A DNA stretch of 64,000 bases, taken from positions 32,001 to 96,000 of the forward strand of contig JANMPT010000110.1 in the NCBI GenBank assembly GCA_031370005.1, read 5' to 3'. Source of the stretch: Bdellovibrionales bacterium. Lineage in GTDB: Bacteria > Bdellovibrionota > Bdellovibrionia > Bdellovibrionales > Bdellovibrionaceae. Each line of letters begins with the position of its first letter. The first letter of the stretch is position 1. Below, in pieces: positions 51,983 to 60,590 of the stretch. The translations under genes and the position numbers were made by a program. The notes below the pieces were generated by a model that had not been told where the DNA came from, made no database searches, and saw only the letters and a list, made by a program, of their open reading frames with translations.

Positions 51983-52225
51983 ATGAAGTCAGGCAAGAGT
52001 AAGATCCAGCTACAGACAAAGTCTCCCACCGGTCGTAAAGAATCGCACGACTTGGTCCAGAGTCGCCTTTTAGATCTTCATTTTGAGCTGAGCGCTTATG
52101 GGTTCCTTTTTTCGAACTTAAAGAACTGTGAGCTTTGCGAGGATGATCTGTATGGAATGGGAGTTGTCTTCAATAAAATGGCAAAACGGGTGTCGAAGAT
52201 TTCAGAGGAAATCTCCTTAAGCTAA
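51983..52225 (+). CDS. Hypothetical helical protein
   Basis: 80-aa ORF divergent from the HTH gene. Confidence 0.5.
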   Translation: MKSGKSKIQLQTKSPTGRKESHDLVQSRLLDLHFELSAYGFLFSNLKNCELCEDDLYGMGVVFNKMAKRVSKISEEISLS

Positions 52226-52395
52226 TCCTGAGAGGCCAGCTGGAATAGCGTCCTGCTATTCACACAAAACAGCGATGGCAAAATCATAAGCTCCGTCACT
52301 TACGGCGTGCTGAGTAAATCATAAAGTTTTTTGTAGTTACTGTCCTTTTAAAGGTTTATTCGGGTGCCGATCCGTCAATTGCAGGTGACTATATT

Positions 52396-53364
52396 TCAAG
52401 GCAACTGTCTTGCAGTGGTGCGATTAAATTTATCCTTCAAACACTCTGGACACCAGCGACATTTTCGGATCAAAGCAACAGGGGCATTCCATTGATGCCC
52501 TTGAGCGCACTGAAATTTTGCAATTTTAAGATGATAATTTGGTCCTTCATAAATTTCTGAAAGACATTTGCCGCCCATCCGTTTTGCCAATTCATAAGTT
52601 GCCAGAATCGACTTTCTCATTTTTCCACAGGTCGGGCACCACTTCCCCCTACGAACATTGTGCAAGGCGGCTTTAAAACTATGCCCAAATTTGCATTCCA
52701 AAGAGTATTTCTCACCGGACCCGAGAATATGACCGGTCAGTAATTTCCCTCCGTGACCGCGCACCAACTCCTGCAATTCGTTTAAAGCCAACTCCTCATT
52801 GCAGGCCCGGCACCAAGTCTTGCTCCGAAGCAATGCCTTCAAATGCGACTGCCAGGTATGCCCATTTCTGCAAGCAGCCACAGCCTGATGTCTTTCGCCT
52901 TCAACTCTATTGACGACTCCGCTATGGGAGGAAGCAACGGCTTTAACCTTCTGAAATAGGAGGTTTGCCATTTTATTACTGTATTCATTTCGGCTGCATT
53001 TTCGACACCAATTTCCCTGTTGAACGCTGTTCGGTGATGCAAAAAAATGATGCTTGTTCCGACATTCCCATTCTAGCTTTTCACCACTGGTCAGAGAAAT
53101 TTTCGATACCAGCCGACCACCATTTATTTTGGCCATTTTTTGCATTTTTTCAATGCCATCACGTTTTTGCAGTCCGGCTTCTTTCATGGAGCACTTGCAA
53201 CACCACTGTCCGTTCTGAATGTGATGCCAGGCAGTCGACCACCGATGTCCTTTTTGACATTGCCATCGCAGGTGCTGTCGTGCATTGACGTAAGTCACAG
53301 AAAGGCACCGACCGCCCTTTTCGCGTGCCTTCTCTTTGCAGTCTTTGATCGTGTAGGTTTTCAT
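52396..53364 (-). CDS. Protein of five tandem zinc-ribbon repeats
   Basis: Five A..xGG...C..GH.W/F...WC..C units. Confidence 0.8.
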   Translation of the reverse strand: MKTYTIKDCKEKAREKGGRCLSVTYVNARQHLRWQCQKGHRWSTAWHHIQNGQWCCKCSMKEAGLQKRDGIEKMQKMAKINGGRLVSKISLTSGEKLEWECRNKHHFFASPNSVQQGNWCRKCSRNEYSNKMANLLFQKVKAVASSHSGVVNRVEGERHQAVAACRNGHTWQSHLKALLRSKTWCRACNEELALNELQELVRGHGGKLLTGHILGSGEKYSLECKFGHSFKAALHNVRRGKWCPTCGKMRKSILATYELAKRMGGKCLSEIYEGPNYHLKIAKFQCAQGHQWNAPVALIRKCRWCPECLKDKFNRTTARQLP

Positions 53365-53618
53365 TGCCTCTATTACAAATAAATATAATTTAAAACTCTA
53401 GAAAATTTAGTTTAAAACTGATGTTCTTTTCTTTGGTCTAGGGGGTTGACGGGGTGGACCAGGGAAAGGCCGAGGCTTTTTTGATCCTTAAGATCCGGTC
53501 TCGGATCAATGAGCAGAAAATAAGACTCAAGGTCGTCATAGAGTTCAAAAAGCACGAGCGAAGCGAAAAGTACCCTTGGGGCTTTGAGGTTGTCGAGCTG
53601 TCAGATGTTGTTATCTAA

Positions 53619-53972
53619 CTATAGTTTAAGTGAAAGGTGTCTTGCGAGAGCCTCATCGACTAATCGCATGTGCTCATCGGGCAATTTTCCAATTCTTTTC
53701 TGGAGTCGCTTTTTGTCGAAAGTTCTAACTTGGTGGACTTTGACCTTGCTGTTTTTTAGACCGGCAATGCCGTCGACGGAAACTTCATGGGGATATATTT
53801 TTTCCAGCTTTTGTGACGTAATTGGCACCACGCTAACTAGTGGTGAGAAGGTGTTAGCCACGTCATTTGAGACAATCACGCAGGGTCGCGTTTTTTGGAT
53901 TTCCGCACCAATGGTGGGGTCGAAGTTTGCCCAAAAGATATCGCCTCTTTTAATATTCGTCGTCAAGGCCAT
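53619..53972 (-). CDS. mazF: PemK/MazF family toxin
   Basis: KRGDIFWANFDPTIGAEIQKTRPCVIVSND...QVRTFDKKRL. Confidence 0.93.
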   Translation of the reverse strand: MALTTNIKRGDIFWANFDPTIGAEIQKTRPCVIVSNDVANTFSPLVSVVPITSQKLEKIYPHEVSVDGIAGLKNSKVKVHQVRTFDKKRLQKRIGKLPDEHMRLVDEALARHLSLKL

Positions 53973-54195
53973 CTCCAATAGTAGAATCAAGCTCGGCAGC
54001 AAGTTCGCTATCTTCCTTTGCCGTGGCCTTATAGCCTTCGATCATTTCTTGAATCAATGTGTTCTGAGACTTTCCAGCAAAGTACAGTTCCAGTGCCTCC
54101 GCAATCACGGCGGATCTTTCGCGTGGTTTAACCGACTTTCTCAGTTTCTTTGCAACCTTCTCCGGAAGGGAAATATTCATTCTAATTGCACCCAT
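53950..54195 (-). CDS. RHH antitoxin
   Basis: RMNISLP...RSAVIAEAL...MIEGY; overlaps the toxin start. Confidence 0.88.
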   Translation of the reverse strand: MGAIRMNISLPEKVAKKLRKSVKPRERSAVIAEALELYFAGKSQNTLIQEMIEGYKATAKEDSELAAELDSTIGDGLDDEY

Positions 54196-54221
54196 TCAAC
54201 ACCTCGCTTGACTGCCTCCAG

Positions 54222-54243
54222 TATACACACACGGGTGTGTATA
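54222..54243. promoter_or_regulatory. Operator of the RHH-MazF module
   Basis: TATACACAC-acgg-GTGTGTATA. Confidence 0.65.
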
Positions 54244-54254
54244 GTAAAGGCAAT

Positions 54255-54549
54255 TGTGGCTTGGGTTTATCTAAGCAATACAATAGCTTATGGTGGCGTG
54301 AAGCGTATTTCATCGGTCTATAAAGACCTCGGACAGAGCCAAAAAATATACCTCCATGCAGGGTTGATCTCGGTGCTTGATTTTCCGCAGAGTATTATTG
54401 AGGTCCGACTAGGAAATCCAAAAAGTATCAAAGCCCAATTGTCCCAAGTTTCACCAAGAGAGCTGACTCTATATCTTTCGCAGCAAGCGGTGGAACCGAC
54501 CAACCTCATCGTTAAATCTGAAAAGCGTTTCTACGTCTACAAAGATTAG
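54255..54549 (+). pseudogene. Fragment of a conjugation/secretion channel-like protein
   Basis: KIYLHAGLISVLDFPQSIIEVRLGNP...TNLIVKSEKRFY, then an early stop. Confidence 0.4.
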
Positions 54550-54671
54550 AGAGCTTTCCGACGTACATGGAGCGCTAGATACATATTCCGATAAATCGGT
54601 AGCAATATACGCACATGACGGTTTGTCTGCATTTAATGAGCTGATAAGGCCATAGCTAATACTAAACGTTG

Positions 54672-56360
54672 CTATAGTTTTAAAAATTTATCATTTTGTG
54701 AAAGAGTCAGGATCGTGTTGGATTCAACAAGCGAAAGATCAAAACCTTCAATCTTATCTTTTAAGATGGCCACTATATACTGACCGTCAACTCCATTTGC
54801 AATTTCAAACATTGTCTTCAGCTGGTTTACATGAATTTCTTCGAGCTTATCATGAAGTGCAAAACGAATAGTATTAGCAGCGAACTTGCTCAAGAATTCT
54901 AGGTAGGCCAAGTCGAACGCAGTTGTTTGTCCCTTCTTTTTTCCAGAACCAACATTCCCTTTTACGTTGTTAATTTTAAACCTATAAAAAGATCCGGCTT
55001 TTCCTTCGTGATCTTCAAATGACAAGACATACTGCTCGTCGTAGAGTTTTCTCGAAATCTCCGCAAAAATCAGATTGAATGCAGTTATTTTCTTTTCGAG
55101 GTCGGCTTCAAAGTCGGCAATTTGATCGTTAATTTGTGCAAGGTTGGAATTAATATCCTTAATGTTTTGAGTTAGCTCCTCTAGAGTTTTGATGAGAGAG
55201 AGCTTCTTGCCCTTTTCCTCGTGAAGAAGATTTAACTCTTTGTCTATTTTCTGAAGATCAGCCAGTGCCCCCTTGTGAGACAAACCTTTGAGCACTTCCT
55301 TCTCTTCGCCAATGTATTTATTCAGCTGCTTATCTCTTTGCTGGATTTCCGATTCAGTTGAAGATATGGATTTCTGAATAAAGCTAATTTTATTAGAGAT
55401 CATTGATTCGTGGAACTTGAGAACTTCCTCGAAAGATTTCTGTAGCTTGGGAATAGAAGATTTAGCTTCTTCATATAACGATTTTATAGTTTCAGGATTA
55501 ATGTTTCCACGAGATTTGCTCAGCTGTTCAATAGTTTGTAAATTTAGATTATATTTGATCCTCAATTTACTAATAGCAATCGACAATTCTGAAATATGCT
55601 TTCTCAATGATTCAAGCGCTTTAATTTCATTAGTTATGCTGTCTGTAAGTTCAAATTTTTCTTTCTTTCGCTCTTGCTCAGTAATGTTAGTGTCGATTAC
55701 AGCAAGCATCTGCTTGAGTGCCTCGTGCGAAAAGTCCTTTAATGCTAATTTTTGGATTGAAAGTCTTTTTCTGTCTCTTGTAAGAACGCTCTTCTGGGTT
55801 AAAAGATCCTGATCTTGAAAACCAAATAAATATAGGTAAACCGCTTCATATACGTCTTCAGGATTACTAGGATGCAAGAACTTGAGTGTATTACTCATTT
55901 CATGGTTATCGATCCGAATGAATTTTTTAATCAATTGCCTATATGATGGCTTACCTGTTTTTAAACCAAGTAAAATTCTTCCTAAATTAGATTTGAAATC
56001 TTCAAGATCAAGTCCAAACTCCTCACCGTTTATAGTAGGTTTCCGATCAAGGCCTCGCGTAATTACGTATTCGGTGCCTTTAACAGATTTTACAGTAAGT
56101 TTGAATTCAACACTATAGTTCTTAAGATAGTTATAAACCTGTTCATTCTTTGTCTTAAACTCAGGATCTGTGAAAATAGCGGTGCCGTCTGATCCCAGGC
56201 AGAAATCAATGGCTCTCAAAAACGTTGTTTTTCCGATGTCATTACCGGACTCAGTAGAGCGATTGGTTGTTACATCAAATACGAGATTCAATCCCTTTTT
56301 AAAGGTGATCTCTCTCACAACTCCGTTCTTATCTGATACAACGAGATTCTTTAAAAACAT
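54672..56360 (-). CDS. lmuB: Lamassu/ABC-3C SMC-like ATPase (DUF2326)
   Basis: ITFKKGLNLV, GNDIGKTT Walker A, long coiled coil, GSGKKKG signature, FALHD Walker B, GQYI. Confidence 0.88.
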   Translation of the reverse strand: MFLKNLVVSDKNGVVREITFKKGLNLVFDVTTNRSTESGNDIGKTTFLRAIDFCLGSDGTAIFTDPEFKTKNEQVYNYLKNYSVEFKLTVKSVKGTEYVITRGLDRKPTINGEEFGLDLEDFKSNLGRILLGLKTGKPSYRQLIKKFIRIDNHEMSNTLKFLHPSNPEDVYEAVYLYLFGFQDQDLLTQKSVLTRDRKRLSIQKLALKDFSHEALKQMLAVIDTNITEQERKKEKFELTDSITNEIKALESLRKHISELSIAISKLRIKYNLNLQTIEQLSKSRGNINPETIKSLYEEAKSSIPKLQKSFEEVLKFHESMISNKISFIQKSISSTESEIQQRDKQLNKYIGEEKEVLKGLSHKGALADLQKIDKELNLLHEEKGKKLSLIKTLEELTQNIKDINSNLAQINDQIADFEADLEKKITAFNLIFAEISRKLYDEQYVLSFEDHEGKAGSFYRFKINNVKGNVGSGKKKGQTTAFDLAYLEFLSKFAANTIRFALHDKLEEIHVNQLKTMFEIANGVDGQYIVAILKDKIEGFDLSLVESNTILTLSQNDKFLKL

Positions 56361-56605
56361 TTAATAATGTCACCCTTTTCGTCTAAGTTTATCTTGCCCA
56401 GCAAAAACAACCAGTCGAGTGTAAGCATAAAGTAATCATATGAAACCTTTGCGCCTGCCTCCACAGTGCCGTCATTTACAGCTCTGAAAAGTACATTGGG
56501 ATCAACCACGCCAAAATTTGACTCCATCAAAGCATGTATAACTTTTGCACCTAAGAAGTAGAGGCTTTTTGTCGGCTCATTATCTTGATCTATCAAAAGC
56601 GTCAT
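56351..56605 (-). CDS. lmuC: Lamassu/ABC-3C middle component
   Basis: 84 aa; P..SLYFLGA.VI...FMLTLDWLFLLGKI; overlaps both neighbours. Confidence 0.82.
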   Translation of the reverse strand: MTLLIDQDNEPTKSLYFLGAKVIHALMESNFGVVDPNVLFRAVNDGTVEAGAKVSYDYFMLTLDWLFLLGKINLDEKGDIIKCF

Positions 56606-57195
56606 TTGGCTGGCCTCTCCAAAATCTTGCAGTTGATAAAAGCATGGCAGGTCATCGCAATTGATGAAAAATCCAAGTCTTCCTGACTAATACTCACCGA
56701 ATTAGAATTCGACAGATCTTTTTTTACTTCGTTTGCAACTCTCTCAATAATAGTGTCAGCATTTTGGCGAATTATGTCTAGGGGTGTAGTCGTTGAAGAT
56801 TGGCTCTTAAGGACATCACCCTTTATTCGGTCATATCGAGCTTTAAAATTTCGTAGAACTTTAGAGCGTGCTCCAGGACGATGATTGTCTAACTCCTTGT
56901 AGGCTTCATCAATTGCAGCTCCATATTGACCATAATCTTCAATCCAGTGTTTATAGGCCTGCAGGTTATTGTGAGAAATTTTATCTTCGATCGTGTAGGG
57001 TTCATTCGTTTGAGGGACCTGATTAGACACATTTCCAGCGTCGATAATGTCATTCAGCTTAGGAATAAGATCAGCCAAAATACTTGGTAACTTACTAACA
57101 TTTTCCTGGGTTATCGTAATATCCCCACCCGCAGTGATATTATTATTTCCGCTAACTTTTTGCTTAATAGGTCCGGCAGGATTATTTTTTGCCAT
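56602..57195 (-). CDS. lmuA: Lamassu LmuA: ABC-3C C-terminal domain plus short N-terminal G/N-rich motif, no enzymatic domain
   Basis: YTIEDKISHNNL...HAFINCKILERP; RBS ggag before ATG 57195; QKVSGNNNITAGGDI at residues 12-26. Confidence 0.8.
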   Translation of the reverse strand: MAKNNPAGPIKQKVSGNNNITAGGDITITQENVSKLPSILADLIPKLNDIIDAGNVSNQVPQTNEPYTIEDKISHNNLQAYKHWIEDYGQYGAAIDEAYKELDNHRPGARSKVLRNFKARYDRIKGDVLKSQSSTTTPLDIIRQNADTIIERVANEVKKDLSNSNSVSISQEDLDFSSIAMTCHAFINCKILERPAK

Positions 57196-57358
57196 AATCT
57201 CCACCAACGGTGGTATTGCCGTCGCCTTTCACTTTTTGATTGGTTTTGTTAAAGCTGTTTTTTATGCTAAAAACTTGAGAGGCAACAACAAGTGAGACAA
57301 CCAGAGAAAGAATTGAGCAAATGCTTGCAGTCAAATTTATTGTTTCTAATGTTGTCAT
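57182..57358 (-). CDS. 58-aa single-TM micro-protein with a C-terminal motif matching the LmuA N-terminus
   Basis: RBS ggggga; MTTLETINLTASICSILSLVVSLVVASQVFSIKNSFNKTNQKVKGDGNTTVGGDYGKK*; 14-nt overlap with lmuA. Confidence 0.8.
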   Translation of the reverse strand: MTTLETINLTASICSILSLVVSLVVASQVFSIKNSFNKTNQKVKGDGNTTVGGDYGKK

Positions 57359-57405
57359 GGTTCCCCCAACGATCTAGTTATCTAAATCGATCCAATATTA
57401 TGGCC

Positions 57406-57675
57406 TCATATGTTTTCATTTAGTCTATTTGAAATTTTGAATAATGCATCATTTGCGAGTTTCTTTAGCCGCATCACTTCCAACTGATTCTCAAAATTTT
57501 TATCAATGTAATGGATCAACTCTAAAAAGTCGTGCGGATCGATGCTCAAGACACCTTTGTTGATCTCTGGGCTTGAAAATCTCATTGGACATTTTTTAAG
57601 GAATTTTTCGAGGGCGGAGGAGACGAAGGGTATTTGAGTGTCGCGAAGTTTGATTTTTATCTCTTTCACGATCAA
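57406..57675 (-). CDS. Hypothetical protein
   Basis: TTG start after gaagga; 89 aa. Confidence 0.5.
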   Translation of the reverse strand: MIVKEIKIKLRDTQIPFVSSALEKFLKKCPMRFSSPEINKGVLSIDPHDFLELIHYIDKNFENQLEVMRLKKLANDALFKISNRLNENI

Positions 57676-57777
57676 ATTTTCCTTCTACAGTTCTACAAGA
57701 TCTCCACTCCAAAGAGGTTCGAATTTTAAATTTCGTCGTACTTTCAGTTGCTTACCAATTTCATTTTGTAGAAAAAA

Positions 57778-57854
<77 letters not shown>

Positions 57855-58021
57855 ACAAGGGAAATGCTTGAATTAGGGGCCAATATAGGCTCCGGCTTCC
57901 GACACGTCAACCCCCAAAGTCTCATATTTATTTTTTGTTTGTGCTATAAGTGAGCAAAAACTCCTCAAAATTTTGCAAAAATGGTTTTAAGATGAGCTCT
58001 TCAATTGGTTTTGGAGTTTAT

Positions 58022-58975
58022 ATGAAAAAGGCACTTAAGGTTTTCGTTATTATTTTTGGAGCTTTTCTTGTTGTTTTTGTGACAACTATTTTGCTTTATG
58101 TGAAATCCCTTCCCTCATCCTGGCAAATAAAACAAACCATCAGTCCTCGCAAAGCTCAAAACCCTGCATTTGTCGTCAAGCACAAGCCGCCTTTTCAAGA
58201 TAAGGAAAAGGCTTATGAAGACAAAGTTGATGATAGCAAGGCGATTTCAATGCAAGTCCTTAAAGATGACTTCATGAATGAAAAGAAACCATTATCCACA
58301 GTATGTGCTTATCTTGGCAACGCCTCGGCGAGCCATTTTTTGCGAGATGATGGCAGTGGCTCTGCAAATGAGTTTATGAAAAACCTTGCTAACGAAAATA
58401 ATAAAGACCCTTTGGCTGAAGCTGCGGCACCCTTATTTCGGGTCTTGTTCCGTATGGATTCTGTTCGGGATCTTGTTGAGACTGTCGAAAAGGCCGAGGC
58501 CGATAATGATGAAGGAATTTTTAAAAAGGCCGAGTTTTACACTAAGCTTGGACTTGCGGGGCAGGATATACGCTCAAGCAAAGGCAAGCTAGATCAGATC
58601 TTAATGAAAAGTTATAATATGTTTATGTTAAGCAGAGCCGTGGGCAAACATCCAGAGCTTGCGCGTGATTCTGCGACCTTGAGTTACTGTGAACAGATTG
58701 AAAAAAATATTAACTTAAATCTCGACTTCAATGTTGAGGAGCAGGCCACAGAGATGCAGAAATTCTTGGACTATGCTCAGGTAGATCCCAAAGAAATCGG
58801 ATATGATCCGAACTATCGATCCGATTTGCAGTTTTCACTGAGCAAAAAGGCATTTGTTATGAATCTGGTGTGGATCGAAAAACTCTTTGCTCGAGATGTT
58901 GCCAAAGCAAAAAAGGAACTCAAGGAAAAAAATAACGAAGGCTCAAAGGCTGCCGAACACTCAAATCCTATTTAG
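58022..58975 (+). CDS. Membrane-anchored hypothetical protein
   Basis: RBS ggag; N-terminal TM helix; helical body. Confidence 0.7.
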   Translation: MKKALKVFVIIFGAFLVVFVTTILLYVKSLPSSWQIKQTISPRKAQNPAFVVKHKPPFQDKEKAYEDKVDDSKAISMQVLKDDFMNEKKPLSTVCAYLGNASASHFLRDDGSGSANEFMKNLANENNKDPLAEAAAPLFRVLFRMDSVRDLVETVEKAEADNDEGIFKKAEFYTKLGLAGQDIRSSKGKLDQILMKSYNMFMLSRAVGKHPELARDSATLSYCEQIEKNINLNLDFNVEEQATEMQKFLDYAQVDPKEIGYDPNYRSDLQFSLSKKAFVMNLVWIEKLFARDVAKAKKELKEKNNEGSKAAEHSNPI

Positions 58976-59904
58976 CAATTGAGCTTTTCAATTTCAAAAG
59001 GCACGAGCTGCTTTAGGCCCTTTCGACTAGGATGAAGTTGGTATTGATAGGCACAGTTTTTTGAACAAGTGTCTTTTTTAAACTCAAGATGTGAGCACTC
59101 TGTGCATATCAAGCTCACTGAATCGCAACGAATGCATGTAATTTTGATTTCACTCGGCTGTCCACAGTGTGGACAAAGCCCATACTGCGTGCTGGGTTGT
59201 AGGTTCTGATCTAGCGCCACGCGATGATCAAAGACGAAGCATTCGCCTTCAAACTGATCGTTTGGATTTTCTTTAATATAATTGATAATTCCGCCATCTA
59301 ATTGGTAAACATTTTCATAGCCTTGTTTTTGCAATTCAAGAATGCCTTTTTCACAACGGATGCCGCCCGTGCAGAAGATCAGTATTTTCTTTTTTTGTGG
59401 AATCCCTTGAGCCTCAATGTATTGAGGAAAGTCGGTGAACTTTTCAATATTTGGATTCAGAGCCCCTTTAAAAGTGCCAATCTTAAATTCATACCAGTTG
59501 CGCGTATCAATCATCACAAAGTCAGCTTCTTCTTTTAAAACTTTATTCCACTCTGCAGGGGTTAAATGGTGGTTGTTTCCCTCTGGAGGCAGAGTTCCCG
59601 GAATTCCAGCGGTTACAATTTCTTCACGGATTTTAACCTTAAAGCGACGAAAAGGAGCTTTCGGGGAGTTAGAATCCTTAAAAAATAAATTCGCCACTTT
59701 GAAGTACTCACAGATAAACGCCTTCCACGCGTTGAAGCTTTCTAAGGAGTCCGCAGCGCAGGTAGAATTAAAGCCCTCAGGGCCAAGGATGACGAGGCCT
59801 TTAACATTGTATTCAGCAGCTTTAGTTTCGAGGTCTTTTTGAATTTGTGCGGGATTTTCAAGAGTTAGAAACTTATAGAAAGCCGTAACATAATAGTTAG
59901 CCAT
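58972..59904 (-). CDS. trhO: Rhodanese-related tRNA U34 hydroxylase (YceA/TrhO)
   Basis: FYKF, IDTRNWYE..IGTF.GA, FCTGGIRCEK, GECFVFDHR. Confidence 0.9.
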   Translation of the reverse strand: MANYYVTAFYKFLTLENPAQIQKDLETKAAEYNVKGLVILGPEGFNSTCAADSLESFNAWKAFICEYFKVANLFFKDSNSPKAPFRRFKVKIREEIVTAGIPGTLPPEGNNHHLTPAEWNKVLKEEADFVMIDTRNWYEFKIGTFKGALNPNIEKFTDFPQYIEAQGIPQKKKILIFCTGGIRCEKGILELQKQGYENVYQLDGGIINYIKENPNDQFEGECFVFDHRVALDQNLQPSTQYGLCPHCGQPSEIKITCIRCDSVSLICTECSHLEFKKDTCSKNCAYQYQLHPSRKGLKQLVPFEIEKLNC

Positions 59905-60005
59905 GCATATACTCCAATTGTCCTACCTAAGCTGCAAACTCAGGGGAGTTGAAATTGATACTGTGTTAATAGTAGATAAAGAAAAGATCCGTCAAGTCGA
60001 TTGTC

Positions 60006-60464
60006 TTATTTACGCCTGCTTTTTTTGTGGGCATGAGGGCTGTGGTGGCGAAGGGCAAGCTCTTGATCTGTTTTCATCTCGACCTCTTCAATTCCACCTG
60101 GGGTATTTCGAAAAGCAGCACCGAGCTCGGTGCGTGGGCTGTCTTCATCGGCTTGATTTTGTAAACCACGAATGGAGGAATCCATGGCGTCTGCCGCGCG
60201 ATCCATTTGTTCTTTTACGTCAATTTCACCTTCGCTAAAGGCCTTTGGTTCTTTTTCTAGCATGCCGAGAGAGTGGGACTTGGCCCCGAGATTTTCATCG
60301 ATTTGGCGAAGTTTCTTTGTGGCATCTTGATCGGTTAAGATGTCACTTTCATCTTTCTCATCTTCAGAGGCCTCGCCACGGGTGATCTTGGTAAACCCTG
60401 GTGTGGACACTCGTCCATCATTGCTAGGGGCTAGTAATTGGAAAAATAACTTTGGGATGGTCAT
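60006..60464 (-). CDS. Acidic, probably disordered hypothetical protein
   Basis: RBS gaggagga; 152 aa. Confidence 0.65.
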   Translation of the reverse strand: MTIPKLFFQLLAPSNDGRVSTPGFTKITRGEASEDEKDESDILTDQDATKKLRQIDENLGAKSHSLGMLEKEPKAFSEGEIDVKEQMDRAADAMDSSIRGLQNQADEDSPRTELGAAFRNTPGGIEEVEMKTDQELALRHHSPHAHKKSRRK

Positions 60465-60590
60465 ATATCCTCCTCTGGAAATTCTATTAAGGACTCCTTT
60501 TCCTTGGGGGGGAACCTGTATTTTGTCACAAATCCCTTGTCCCAGTGATTTCCATCATTTATAACATTTTTTTGCGCTTAAAGTTGAAGG

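Noticed and set aside
53584..54549. 321-aa plus-strand ORF
   Set aside because: Mostly the antisense shadow of the mazF and RHH genes; only the last 95 or so codons look like a real fragment.
57196..57207. ORF-track start of lmuA at 57207
   Set aside because: ATG 57195 has a GGAG just upstream and is the better start.
57118..57238. Motif pair as a trivial recent DNA duplication
   Set aside because: Several shared residues use different codons (gtg/gtt, ggc/gga, acc/act, gga/ggg), which fits protein-level conservation better; an old duplication is not excluded.
57047..57295. 82-aa plus-strand ORF over the motif region
   Set aside because: Antisense to lmuA and the 58-aa ORF, which have RBSs and operon overlaps.
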